A DNA stretch of 64,000 bases from Vitrella brassicaformis CCMP3155 (lineage: Eukaryota > Protista > Chromerida), in NCBI GenBank assembly GCA_001179505.1, contig CDMY01000243.1, forward strand, positions 62,001-126,000. The letters run 5' to 3'. The first letter of the stretch is position 1, and every line of letters starts with the position of its first letter. A program made the translations under genes and the position numbers. The notes beneath the pieces are model-generated. The model was not told where the DNA came from and did no database searches. It saw only the letters and a program-made list of their open reading frames with translations. Below are positions 1-18,300 of this stretch, one piece after another.

Positions 1-170
1 CTGCACGCCACCCACCCACTCACTCACCCACCCAATGGAGGCCAGCAAAACGAGACGAGACAGTCCCTCTGTCCCTCCCTCCCTCCTTCCGAGACACCCA
101 CTGCACTAACTGCATCCTTTCCTTCCCCATACTCACACATGCACATGTGTGTATCATCTCTCCGGTCATG

Positions 171-2100
171 TCATGTCTTGTCCGCCCCACCCCTCTCCCC
201 GCCCTCCCCCTGGCTCCCAACAGCAGCGTTGACCAACTGAAGGGCCGTTCCAGCCACTGCTAAGCGCATGGGAAGCAAGGGGACCGGCTGCTGTCTCGGC
301 TGCTGTCTCGGCTGCTGCTCCTTCTCGGCCTTAATCTCGGTCAGCTGAGGCGATCTGCTGCGGTCGTCCGCCGATGGGGAAGGGTCGTCTCTGTCAGCAG
401 CCTCGTCGCCGCTGTCCACATCTGGCAGGGACGAGGCGAGATGCAGCACATCGCCCAGATCCGGCGGGTGGTCGAGATGCAGCCCTGTGGCCCTGAAGGC
501 TTGGTCGGCCCGGAGCCTGTCGACGCCCACCCGATAGCTCTCCAGGGCCCCTTTCAGCCGGGCGGTGGCCTCTTTGTACTGCCGCAGGTGCCGTCTCTTG
601 ACCCTGAGCTCCTCCTCCAGAGGGCCGATCCGGTGCAGCGCCTCCCTCTTACGTCGCTGTGACTCCCGTGCACTGGCCCTGTTGCGCCTGATCCTCACGC
701 ATGACCGGCAGTTGCACGAGGGGTCGTTGCCTTTGAGGGTGCAGCCGGTCTTGCTCGTGGTCGGATCCTCGGAAATGGGTTGCAGCGCGTCAGAGAGAAC
801 CCTCGGATGCCTCTCTCGCATCGCCGTGGCCGTGTGGTTGACAATCGTGCTCGACCGTTTCCTGGGGCCAGGCGGCCGTGTCGGCTGGTCGGGCAGGCCT
901 TCGTCCGCCAGCTCGCCCTTGGGTGCCACATCGGTGTCCATGGGCGTGGTGCCGGTGTCTGCCGACTTGTCTGCCTCCTGCATCCAGTGCCAGTCGGCGG
1001 GAGGGGGCTGGGGGAAGGGTGGGTGGGCGTATGGCAGGGGCACTGGGGCTGGGACATGGGAGTAGGAAAGGGGCGGCGCCGTCGCCAGGGGGGGCGGAAT
1101 GGCCGTGGCCGGGAAAGGGTCGCCTCTCTGCTGCAGGTACTGCATTATCGGCTGACAGCAACAAAGCAGCAACGACACACACATCACACATCCTCTCTGT
1201 CTGTCTGCCTGAAAGCTGCTGTCCGTTTGCTGCATACCTACCTACCTGGTAAGCGTCTGGCGGCAGCAGCCGCAACATGTTGATGACCTCCTGCGAGCTA
1301 TACCCCTGCAGCTGCCTGTGGAGGTCCTCCATCGACGGCGGAGACTCAAACAAGCAGGGCGGCCCCACACCCGCCGGTGGCAGGGGGTCCTCCTGCGGCA
1401 CAAACATCGCAAATTCCTGCCGCACGGCATCCCGGATGAGCGGCAGCAGCCCGAAGGCGTCCTTGAGGGCCGGCACACTATCCATGAGCTCGTGGAAGGC
1501 CATGACGCCGGGGCAGTAGAAGGTCCCATCCTGGGAGAACAGACTCTTGATGTCAGGGGTGGGGTCAGGGGTGGGCTGCCGCCCCAGCGACTCCAGCCTG
1601 TGGAACAGGAGGTTTAGCCGGGGCACCAGATCCACGCCGCTGAGGCCCTCCGCGCCGCCGCCATAGAAGCGATAGAGCAGGTTGGTCCTCTCCAGGGGCG
1701 GGGGCGGTGTTGAGGTGAGCTGCAGGAGCACGCACAGGTTGCGCAGGAAGCATCTGGGGGTGAGGTGGCCGGTGGCCGAGCCGTGGATGAGCGCTTGCAG
1801 GAAAAGATCTGCCGTGAGCTGGGAGAAGAGGGGGTGGGAAGATGGGGCAGACGGAGATGGGCCTGCAGTGTCGGTATCGTCGGCCTCAGACGGGTCCAGC
1901 CTGCACACACACACACACACACACACGTGTGCACACATGCCAGACAAGAGATGGAGAGAGTTCCCGTGAAGGCTCCCTCGTCACCTTTGGTTGAGTGCCA
2001 GCCATTCCTCGCGCGTCATGGCGGCATCGCTGCTCTCGAAAATCTTCAACTCGTCCAGCGTGACATTCTGATGGACAAGCTTCATCAGAAAGGCCTCCAT
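171..2100 (-). CDS. bZIP-domain protein (3 exons: ~2100-1986, 1900-1246, 1151-171)
   Basis: Spliced frame MEAFLMKLVHQ..LNQR|LDPSEADD..PDAYQ|PIMQYLQ.. with phase-compatible GT-AG junctions and an in-frame stop upstream of ATG 2100. The last exon has the basic region RIRRNRASARESQRRKRE followed by I/L/L/T/L/V heptads. Confidence 0.7.
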
Positions 2101-2472
2101 CCCAGCTGCTGCTCAGATCATCAGCTCAGACCGCAGAAGGAGAGCCAGAAGCGCCTCCCCGATGCTGTAGCTCCTCTGGTGCACCTAGCTGCAGAGAGGC
2201 CCATAGTGAACGAAGGCGTCGTCGAATCGTAACTTCGATGTGTGAACGGCGGATCTCGAACTGTCGCCATGACGACAGCGCCATACTGCTGAAAACAGAG
2301 GGGAAATCTCGGTGGCCTAGTGGCAGCGCATGAGATGACTTAGGACAGGTCTCTCGTCAAACCTTTCACCGACGCGATGCGGCAAAGAGGACGTGCCAAC
2401 ACAGGACGCATCCAGGGATCTGTAGACGCCGCTTGATGCAAACGCCGCTCTGATCTTTAAGCCCGACTCCCG

Positions 2473-2732
2473 ATGGCTACCACCGAGGGAGGCACTGCTC
2501 CGCGAGCGGGCTCCACCGCCATGAGAGCCTTCTCCACGCAGGAGGCCGATGCAGCAATCGGGACCCTGTTCGCACAAGTCGGCGGCATCTCAGACCTGCA
2601 CACGCACAAGCGGTTCGGCAGTCGGCTGGCCCCTCTGGTGAGTGAGCGGGATGAACACAGAACGCACAGAGTGGCTGATGCATGCAGCGTCCACACAGCA
2701 CCACCATACATACCCTCTGTGTGAGTGTCCGT

Positions 2733-2765
<33 letters not shown>

Positions 2766-5700
2766 ATTCAGCGAAGAGCCATCAAGACGGGCGGCGCGGT
2801 GCTGGTAGATCTGGTGGCGAGCGCGTCACATTCGCCGACGGTGTTCATCGTGACGGGTCAGCAGCCGATGTCGTCGATGAGTGTGGCAATGACCAGGGTG
2901 ACGGTGGGTGTGGTCATGGGCCCGCTGGCGGGCGTGGCGGGCGACGAGATGCGCGAGGAGCAAATCGTGACATGCAGCTTCACCGTGGACGTGGAGGGAT
3001 ACGACGTCGGCAAGTGAGCACAAGTGCCTCAGTGGGAATGAATCAGTGAGGGCAGGCTGGCTGGCTGGTCTGCTCAGGTCTGGGTATTTCGTTCGTGTGG
3101 CTGCAAACATGGACGGCACCCGGCTTGCACTGTATGCGGCCAAGTGTTGCGCCGTCTTCAATGTGCCCATCACCAGACACGTAAGCAGGCCAACGCCGCG
3201 AAACAGAGCCACACCGCCCGACGTGCGTGAGTATGAACCAGGGCTGCCTCTGTTTGGCTGTTGTCAGATGGGCAGGCCAAGGCTCGAGGGTTCGCTGGTC
3301 CACTGTCAGCTCATCGCCGATGACGCCGAAGACGGTAAGCCGCAACCACACCCATTCAACACAATATATCATGCTCCCTCCCCTCCTGGCTGGTTGACGT
3401 CTGTCAGATGCCGCCCATCCCCCGCTCATCATGAAGGCCGAGTGGCACCCCTTCTCTCCGGGCCACCTGGTGGTGCTGCGGGTGTCCAACTACCCGCCCG
3501 AGTCCAGCACTCCGCCCGACGCCACTTTTGCCACCTATAATGTGACCGAGTCTGCTGTCGATGCAGAGCTGCAGCTGGAGCTGCCGGCCACGTGCGAGGC
3601 GCCATCGGGGGAGGAGCAGGGGGCGGGACGACCCAGGATGTGCTCATTAGGGGTGAGGGGAAAGGAACTCTGCACATGAATGAAGGGACCCGGTCGCCGG
3701 ATCCTGCTGGTGCTGTGTGTGCAGGTGCTGGGCGTGCATGTTCCGTATGACCCCTCTGCTGACCTGCCAGTGGACTTCACCTTCATGCGCGACGAAGGGC
3801 CCCTGTGGCACCAGCTCGCCGCCATGATCGTCACACAGAAAGGTCGCCTCTTTGCGATCACACCCCTTCTCCCGCGCCAGTGCCGGCTGCCCATGGGCGT
3901 GTTCGACGACATGCTGAGCATGGTGGGCAGCCCCGACCTGATGCCGCCGGCCGGGGACGGGGAGGGGCAGGGGGAGGACATGGTTGGGGCCGAGGAGAGG
4001 AGCATGGTGCACAGGTGGCTCGACGAGGTGCTCAGGGACGTCAAGCGGTCCAACAACGGCGAGGAAGACCACGTGATCCTCGAGTAAGTTTGTGAAGACA
4101 GACAGACAGATGTGTATGTGTAATGGACGGACGGATGGATGGATGGATGTATGGATGCAGGTACTCTTTCGGAGCGTACAAGCCTCGCGTGCAGGAGATC
4201 AGTGTCAGTGCGGCCAAGGGGGCGGCGTACGTGCCGCCAGCAGAGGTGCGGCCGCCGCAGTACTCGGCAGTGGCCGTGATCACAGATTTCCCCGCCCTGA
4301 GCATCGCTCTGGGCCGCGCAGGGGGCAATGTGGATCTCGTCCAAGTCACGGGGGCCATCCCACCGCTGCTCACCCACACAGAGGTGAGCTTGGGTGGGGT
4401 GGGGTGGGTGGGGTGGGCAGGAGCACCCATATCGATGACGGACTGATTATGTGGACTCGTTTGTGTGTGCAGAAGCTGGACTCGGATGCGGTGGTGAGTG
4501 GTGGGTTGGAGGGTCGCATCTTCGAGACTGTGAGTCTGGGCTCGGCCGTCTTCGCCTCGGCCCCCGTGACATTCGTCAACCACGTGCTGCCCGGCAGCGC
4601 ACCAGGAGTCATCGCCAGAACCGCACAAGTGAGACAGACGGGACGGGGGGAAAGGGAACAAAAGTGACTGATATCTCCCCCACCACCCTCTCTCTCTGTG
4701 TCTGTTGCTGCATTCATGTCATGCAGATGGTGTGTCACGTGAGCTTCTACTGGCTCAAGTGGCTGCAGGACACCTACAGCGAGATCGCCGACGACCCCTC
4801 CCAGGCTCCCCCGACCCTCCCCTCTTTCCATCGCCCCCCGCCCGACCTCATCGACACCCGTCGTGTGGCCGTCCACCACCTCGCGCGTGTCACCACCTCC
4901 CACCCCCACAGCACCATTTTCGGGCTCATCTTCGACCGAACGCCCCCCGCACTGAGCACCGGGCGCATTCGCCGGTTCGAGGACATGACGCGTCTTGGTG
5001 TGTTGTGCGAGGTGTGGGTTGAGGGCGAGGCGGGCATCATGCCCAACATGCGCAAGGTGTCGGGGACGAGCGAGCTGATTCGCGACATGGTCATCGGCAG
5101 TGGCAGTGGCAGTGGCAGGGGTGTGCGTGAGGTCGGGGAGAGGTACTCGGCGGACAGGCCGAGGGAGAGGGAGAGAGGCGATGGTGACGAAGAGGAGGAC
5201 GAGCAGGGTGCGCTGCTGCGGCACTACCTGAGGGCGAGGGGGCTGTTGCGGAGGGGCCCAGTATTCGGCAGCCCGCCAGACACCGACGACATGCACGAGG
5301 TGGGTCACTCACTCACCAACACAAGCAAGACACACACACACGTATGTATGCAAACACCCGAACACCCACACACGCACCTGTTTGTTCCTCTCTCAACGTC
5401 AGTTGGGTCGCTGGCTGGTGGAGTCTCTGCGCCACGGTGCCGGCTCCTTCGTCGACAGCCACCTGGAGCACAGGCAGGCCATCAAAGTTCTTGCAGAAGC
5501 CATCCCCGACCGCTTCCAGGAGAACATCAACCGCAACGACCGCGCCAAGGCACAGAACGACACCGCCCATGCGCAGCTACAGGCCCTCTGCAATAAGTTC
5601 CGAGACATACAGACCGCTCACGTGAGCGACGGGGTGGGCATGCCGCCGCCGGGATTGCAATATGTGTGTGGGTGTTGGTGGGTGTGGTGTGGTAAGGCTG

Positions 5701-6130
5701 AGCTGCAGTCGAAGTTCGAGTCGCTGCGGGCGAGGGTGCAGTCGCGGATTGACAGCCGAGTGCTGGACGCCCTGTCGCTTCAGATGGGGGCGGGCGTCAT
5801 GGCCCAGCTGGCGGAGGCAAAGCAGCTACTGGCGCGGCACAAGAGATCCGTCAGCACATACACTACACCTGGTCAGTCAGCACGTGGTGGAGGCACCGCA
5901 CCTCGCTGTATGGGTGTGTTGTCACGGTCGTGGCGCCTGTCTGTCTGTCTGTCTGGATGGATGGATGGATTGATGTCTTTGATGGAGCAGACGACAGTAT
6001 GAATGCGGTGCGGGTGCTGGAGGAGTCGCTGGATAACGTGAGCCAGAGGGCCAACAAGCTGCTCAAGGCCATCGATGACGTCTCCAGGAAGGCATACACA
6101 CGACCAGACAGAGAGACTCAGCCGGCGTAG
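2473..6130 (+). CDS. Nucleoporin Nup88/Nup82-like protein (multi-exon)
   Basis: Spliced product has KAEWHPFSPGHLVVL (the WHP..HLVVL propeller motif), VDFTF..W..AMIVTQKGRLFAITPLLP (resembles the Nup82/88 DFxF..W..GxxYxLxPxxP segment) and a C-terminal coiled coil (HRQAIKVLAE..AQLQALCNKFRDIQ..LQSKFESLRARVQ). Confidence 0.6.
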
Positions 6131-6627
6131 AGACAGAATCTGATGCGCTGCAGGCTGGTAGTGCCATGTATGTGCAGAGACAGACAGACAGAGGGAGGGC
6201 AGGGCTCACACTGTCCAAGTGTCCATAGCCAGATGGTATGTCACCTGTCACCTCTATGCCAAGCGGGAGGGCGATTCCACGGAAATTTGTGACTGTAAGG
6301 ATGGGTGTCTGATTGATTGATTGGTTGATTGCTGCACCACATGACAGTCCCAATGAGCATACAGACAGGTGAGGTGGCATGCAGGTATGCGTTTGTCTTT
6401 GGTTAACTGCGGTGAATGCAATGCGCCGTCTCCTCACGTCCACACATGCATCCCGAACGCACACAGTTGAGCGCTCATGCAAGTCCCCTGAGGTAGTGAG
6501 AGACGGAGGGAGGGAGGGAGGGAGGGAGGGAGAAAAGGGTGGTGTGTCTTCGACCCATCATGCAGTCCATGGTCGGTCCACGTACACACACGCTATCTAT
6601 CGGCTGGCTGGAGAGTCACTCGATCGA

Positions 6628-13369
<6,742 letters not shown>

Positions 13370-13560
13370 GACGGCACATCAAACACCAGCGTCCAGATCA
13401 CCAAACCACCTGTCCTCCTTCCTTCTGCGCTTCTTCGGCTTCGATCGCAACTGCGAGCTCGAAACCTGTTCAGCCCCCCCTCCCAGCAGGGAAGGTAAGA
13501 AGAGAGCCAACACCAGCGAGCGCACTTAATCAATCAATCACTGCTTGTTTGTTTCTTTGA

Positions 13561-14980
13561 ATGCATTCCAGATCTCTCTCCAGCGTCGTCATCGCCGGGG
13601 ACGATGAAGTGCGTACAGAGGAGGGTGGAAGCGGCGTCCGGGTGAGTGAAGGATGGCAGACTCGCCCCTCACCTGGAGGGCGGAAGGTGAGTGAGATGGC
13701 GGTGACGGCATCCATCTGCCTCACCGCTGATTGCAATGAACTCACTGAATTCGTTGTCTGTTCGTTCGATCTGGCGGCAGAGTGCGTGTACACGGCGTGC
13801 TACTGCGAGGAGAACGTCTGGTGGCTCTGCAAGCGCCTCGAGGACTGGAAGAACCGGCCGCCCGCACCGCAAGAACGACAACAAGAAGATGATGATGATG
13901 AGGATGAGGATGATGATGTCGACATCGCAGGTAGCAGTGGTGTGCGCCGCCCGCCGATGCTGCCCCTGCCCCTGGATGACCTGTCCGTGTCGGTCTCGTC
14001 GCCTCCACCCGGCCAGCAGCACTTTGTGGGTGAGTGGACGGGCTACGCCGTGTTCGTGACGAACCCCAAGCAGCAGACGGTCATGTGGCGGCAGAAGAGG
14101 GGCCGCGGGGCCGATGGGCTCATCGTATGGTCAGTGTGTGTGTCTGCATGGCATGGGCAGGGGAGGGAGGGGAGGGAGGGGCGGGTGGCACACATTTGTT
14201 TGTCGCTGATGTATGTTTCTCTCTCCCTGCCTGCCTGTGTCTCGGTTGGTTCATTTCATTCAGGGACTACCACGTGCTGTTTGTGGCGACCCACCACCCG
14301 GCTGAGTCGCCGGCAGATGACGAGACCAGGTCGCATCGGCGGGGCGGCAAGCGGAGGAGGGGTGCGGGCAGCCACACCGGGCCCAATGTTTACGTGTTTG
14401 ATTTCGACACCACCCTGGGCTTCCCCGTGCCATTTGACGCCTACTCCGTCGAGGCCATACGGCAGGTGCGGTGCGCCGACACTAACTAAAGGACAGTGCG
14501 TGGCGTGCTCCTTACATATGTGCTGACTGTTGCGGGCGGTGTGTGTGTGTGTGTGTGTGTGTGTGCAGGTGCCTCCCAATCTGCACCGGACTTTCCGTGT
14601 GGTCGAGGCCTCGCTCTTCCTGGCGCAGTTCGCGTCGGACCGGTCGCACATGCGCCGTCCCGACGGCTCGTGGCAGGCGCCTCCCCCATCCTACCCCGTA
14701 ATACGGCCCCCTGACGGGCAGACAGACATGAACCTCCACACCTACAGGGACATGGACACCAACAAGGTGGGAGGGGACAGACGGGGAGGGGGATGTGGTT
14801 GCAAATCTCTTCTGTCCGGCCATCTCTCTCTCTCTCCCTCTCTCTCTCTCTCTGTGTGTGTGTCAGGATGGTTTGTATGGGCGTGTGTATGGCGAGAGCG
14901 AGTTCGTGAGTCTGTTTGGGTCTGAGAGTGGTGTGGGAGTGCTGATGAACGGCATTGGGGTGGCTCAGCCGGCAATGTAG
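13561..14980 (+). CDS. NTAQ1: Protein N-terminal glutamine amidohydrolase (Nt(Q)-amidase, WDYHV1 family); the start could be ATG 13561 or the later MAVTAS ATG
   Basis: YTACYCEENVWWLC; spliced IVW|DYHV; VFDFDTTLGFP; FRVVEASLFLAQFASDRSHM; PPPSYPVI; MNL. Catalytic Cys-His-Asp residues are present. Confidence 0.93.
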
Positions 14981-15383
14981 TGAGTGCAGTGTGGATGCCT
15001 GTAGAAGCGTGATACATTCCATTTATGTATCTGTGAGTGGGGGCCGGGGCGCTGGATGGGATGCTGCCCTGCCTGCCTGCCTGCTTCGGTCCATGCCGGC
15101 GCGTGCGGCGGCTCCACAAATGAATCAAACAAGGCAGGCTTGAAACTCTTGGCGGCTGTCTGTCTCTTTGTCCAAGTCCGATCGGATCGCACCGCACCGC
15201 ACCCAGCCACCCACTCACTCACGCACTAACAGTCTCAATTACTTGCGCACACGAAGAGCACTCCCGTGTTTGCGTCGACCAGTCAGTCAGACGTTCCCAA
15301 TGCATGCATACATGTGTGGCGTAGTCTAATGCGTCAAGGGGCAGTGTGTGTGCCTTGTTAGTGCCAGTGCGGGTTGTCAATCA

Positions 15384-18300
15384 TCAGCCCGTCCTCTGGA
15401 GGGTCAAACTCTTGGCCACTTGAGCCTGGAACAGCGGGATCTGCACACACACACGCACACACACACTCATGTGGGGCGTGATGTGGTTGTTGTGTATTCT
15501 CTGTCGGCTGACTGACCAGCGGCCCCGCCTCCGTCCTGGTGACGACTTTGACGCCGTTGCCGCTCTTCTGCAGAGATATCTCGGCCAACACCACCAGGCG
15601 ATTAGTCGTTGTGCAGCTGAAGTACAGCGAATCCTGCACCAACAAGCGAGGAGGGAGAGGGAGGTATTGTGGTGTGGTGCTTTGGTGTGTCTGGTGAATA
15701 TAGCTATCCTTTGCGTCTTACAAAGGTGTCAGCGGCTCTCTGTGCGACCAGCTTGATGTTGACGGCTGCCAGGGTCTGGATGCACTGAGCGCTCGGGAGC
15801 GGCTGGGGCGCCATGGCCATCACCGACACCTGGCAGGCACCAACCAAACCAGGCCAGATCGATCAGTGCACTGCACTGCACTGATGCGCTGTGTATGGCC
15901 GCCCTGCCCTAGACGGCAGGGCACCCACCCACCTGTTTGGCCTCTCCGATTCTGGCCCAGAGGTCTTTGAAGGTGTCCTTGTCGGTGCTGTCGTCCTCGA
16001 CCAGCAAGACGCCAAAGTCGACAGGCACGTTGAAGTAAAACACATCCAAGGACGTCTTGACGGCAACCTGTTTGTGTACGTGGACGGACACACCATCCAT
16101 CCAGCCATCCACTGCGCATCTACCCATCCGTCCGTCCCGTGTTTCCATTGCTGCAGTCAGTTAGTTACCTGTAGGATGAGTGGCACGGCGGGCGGGTTGT
16201 TGGACAGCAGCTGGTTGGGCGTGACCGGCAGGCTGGCAGCTGTCATGTCAAGACACATATATTTGATCAGCAATGAATGCATGACGCGACGATGAATCAA
16301 TCCGTGTGGCGTCTCGTCTTGTTTGTTGCGACTGCTCACTTGCTGTCTGCCCAGGGGCCAGGTCTTGCACCTGCAGCGGACCACCAGGGGCCAAACCGAA
16401 CCTGAGAGATTCACACACACAAGGCTGGCTCATGATTGACAGCTGACGGACGGGAATGGGAGCGGGAGTGGGGGAGGTGTTTGTTCGCTCGCGCCTACGG
16501 GTTTTTATTGAACTGAATGGCCCATCCGGAGAGGGGCATCTGCGACATGTTGCCGAACGTCATCTGCAGCACTATCGAACCTGAGAGACAGCACACACAC
16601 AGTGGGCTGGCTTCATTCACTTGACTGGTGCGGACTGCGCAGTGTGTCGTGTGTCCCCACCTCTGAATCGTGTGAGTGCAGCGGCGACTTTCAGTCCCCT
16701 CTGGCCCTTCTGGCCGGGCTGGTCCGCATTCAGCACCATCTGCTGAGGCACAGTGGGCGCCTGCATCCAATACGCACACACACATATACAAAGCGACCGG
16801 CTCCGCGCAGTTTATAAGTGTGTCTACTTACCGCAGCGGTAGGAGTGGTGGTGGTTGTGGTGTCGTCTAGTCCGAGCAGGTCTGTGGGCTCGCCGCCGCT
16901 CGACTCGTCGTCGCGGTCACGGTCCCTGTCGACACACAGATAGAGATGGAAAGCCATGTGCCGGTTCGTCAGTTCGTGTGTCTGTCTGTGGACGTGTGTG
17001 CATCAGTGCATTCAGTGCGTGGCGTGCCTGTCTCGGTCTCGCTCGTCCTCTTCATCGGACTCATACGCAGGGCTGCAGCAGGCAGGCACACGATCCGAGT
17101 GAATATGGACAAAACATGACCCCACCATGCCTGGGGGTGTGTGTGTGTGTGTGGAGGAGCGTAAGTACAGTACCCTTCCTTCATTTCCTGTCGCAGGCGG
17201 GCCACTTTGTCTTCCTCCTCCTCTTCCTCCTCCTCGTCCTCATACTCACCTGCACACACACACACACACACACATCCATCCACTCATCATCAATCTCCTA
17301 TGCGTGTGTGGTGTGTCGTAGCTACCCTTTTGGACGGTTCTGAGTCGCGTGACGAAGGCCTCGGGGAGTTTGTGGTAGACCGACGACAGCATGGCGATGT
17401 TGTCGATCAGCCGGTCCAGCACGCTCGAGTCCAGCGAATAGGAATCGTCGCTTATCGTCGGCTTGTCGGCCAGCACCACTTGCTGCACGCACGCACCCAT
17501 CACCCATGGCACACACACACCACAGATGGAGGCAGAGAGGCAAGTGCTGCACCTCTCCTCGTCTGTGTGTGTGTGTGTGTGAGAGAGAGAGGTTCCAGAG
17601 AGGTTACACACTTTGGTTGCCTCGGGGTTAGACGAGAGGAGCCGCCAGTAGATGTAGCCCCTGTCACGCAAATCGGGGTTCTCGCTCTCCTCTGTGGACA
17701 TCTTCAACACCTGCAGGAACCAGCCATCCGTCATGCGCTCATGTGTATGTGTGTCTTGAGAGCGAGTAGTCTCGGGAGCGGAGCACCCACCTTTGTGACC
17801 ATGTCCTGCGTGCTGCTGGGGGTCTTCAGGAACAGCTTCACTGTAGCCGTCAAAATCTGCACCGCGCACCGCACACACGCATGTTATGTGTCCATCCATC
17901 CGTCCCTTCGTCTGCATGTCTTGTCGGTTGGTCCATCTGTGTACCTGAAGCTGCACCGATGGCGTCTCGTCGTGGAAGGACTCGAGGAACGAGTCCAGCA
18001 GCTCGTCGGCATTGTCAATCCTCTCAGCGTACTCCCCTGACGCCCAGAGGATAGAGGGGACACACGGCGCCACATTCAGCCTCCCCTCCCTCCCTCCCTC
18101 CCTGTAGGTGCGTTCCGTCACCCACCGATAATCCAGATCATGGACGCCTTTGCCTCCGGTTCGTCGAGCGAGTCGAGGTTCTCGCACAGCGCTGAAATGA
18201 TGGACTCGTATCGGTTGGGATATTTGCGGAAGATGTCCTTGATGACGACTATGGCCTCTTGCACCACGTAGTTGACGCGCGTCTCGATCAGGTCCAGCAG

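Noticed and set aside
286-317. 12-bp tandem repeat (QQPR units) in the last exon of the bZIP gene
   Set aside because: Ordinary low-complexity coding slippage.
1901-1926. (CA)n/(GT)n, (GTCT)n and (GGAT)n arrays throughout the window considered as CRISPR, telomeric or mobile-element repeats
   Set aside because: They are simple intronic or UTR microsatellites with no repeat-spacer structure, terminal inverted repeats or transposase/RT coding sequence. The many CVCVCV/HTHTHT ORFs derive from them.
2306-2372. tRNA-like element: A-box-like TGGCCTAGTGG and complementary ends TCGGTGG/TCACCGA
   Set aside because: The A-box register does not match the putative acceptor stem, there is no proper anticodon or T arm, and there is no GTTCRA B-box. 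Treated as chance or a promoter element; tRNAscan-SE would settle it.
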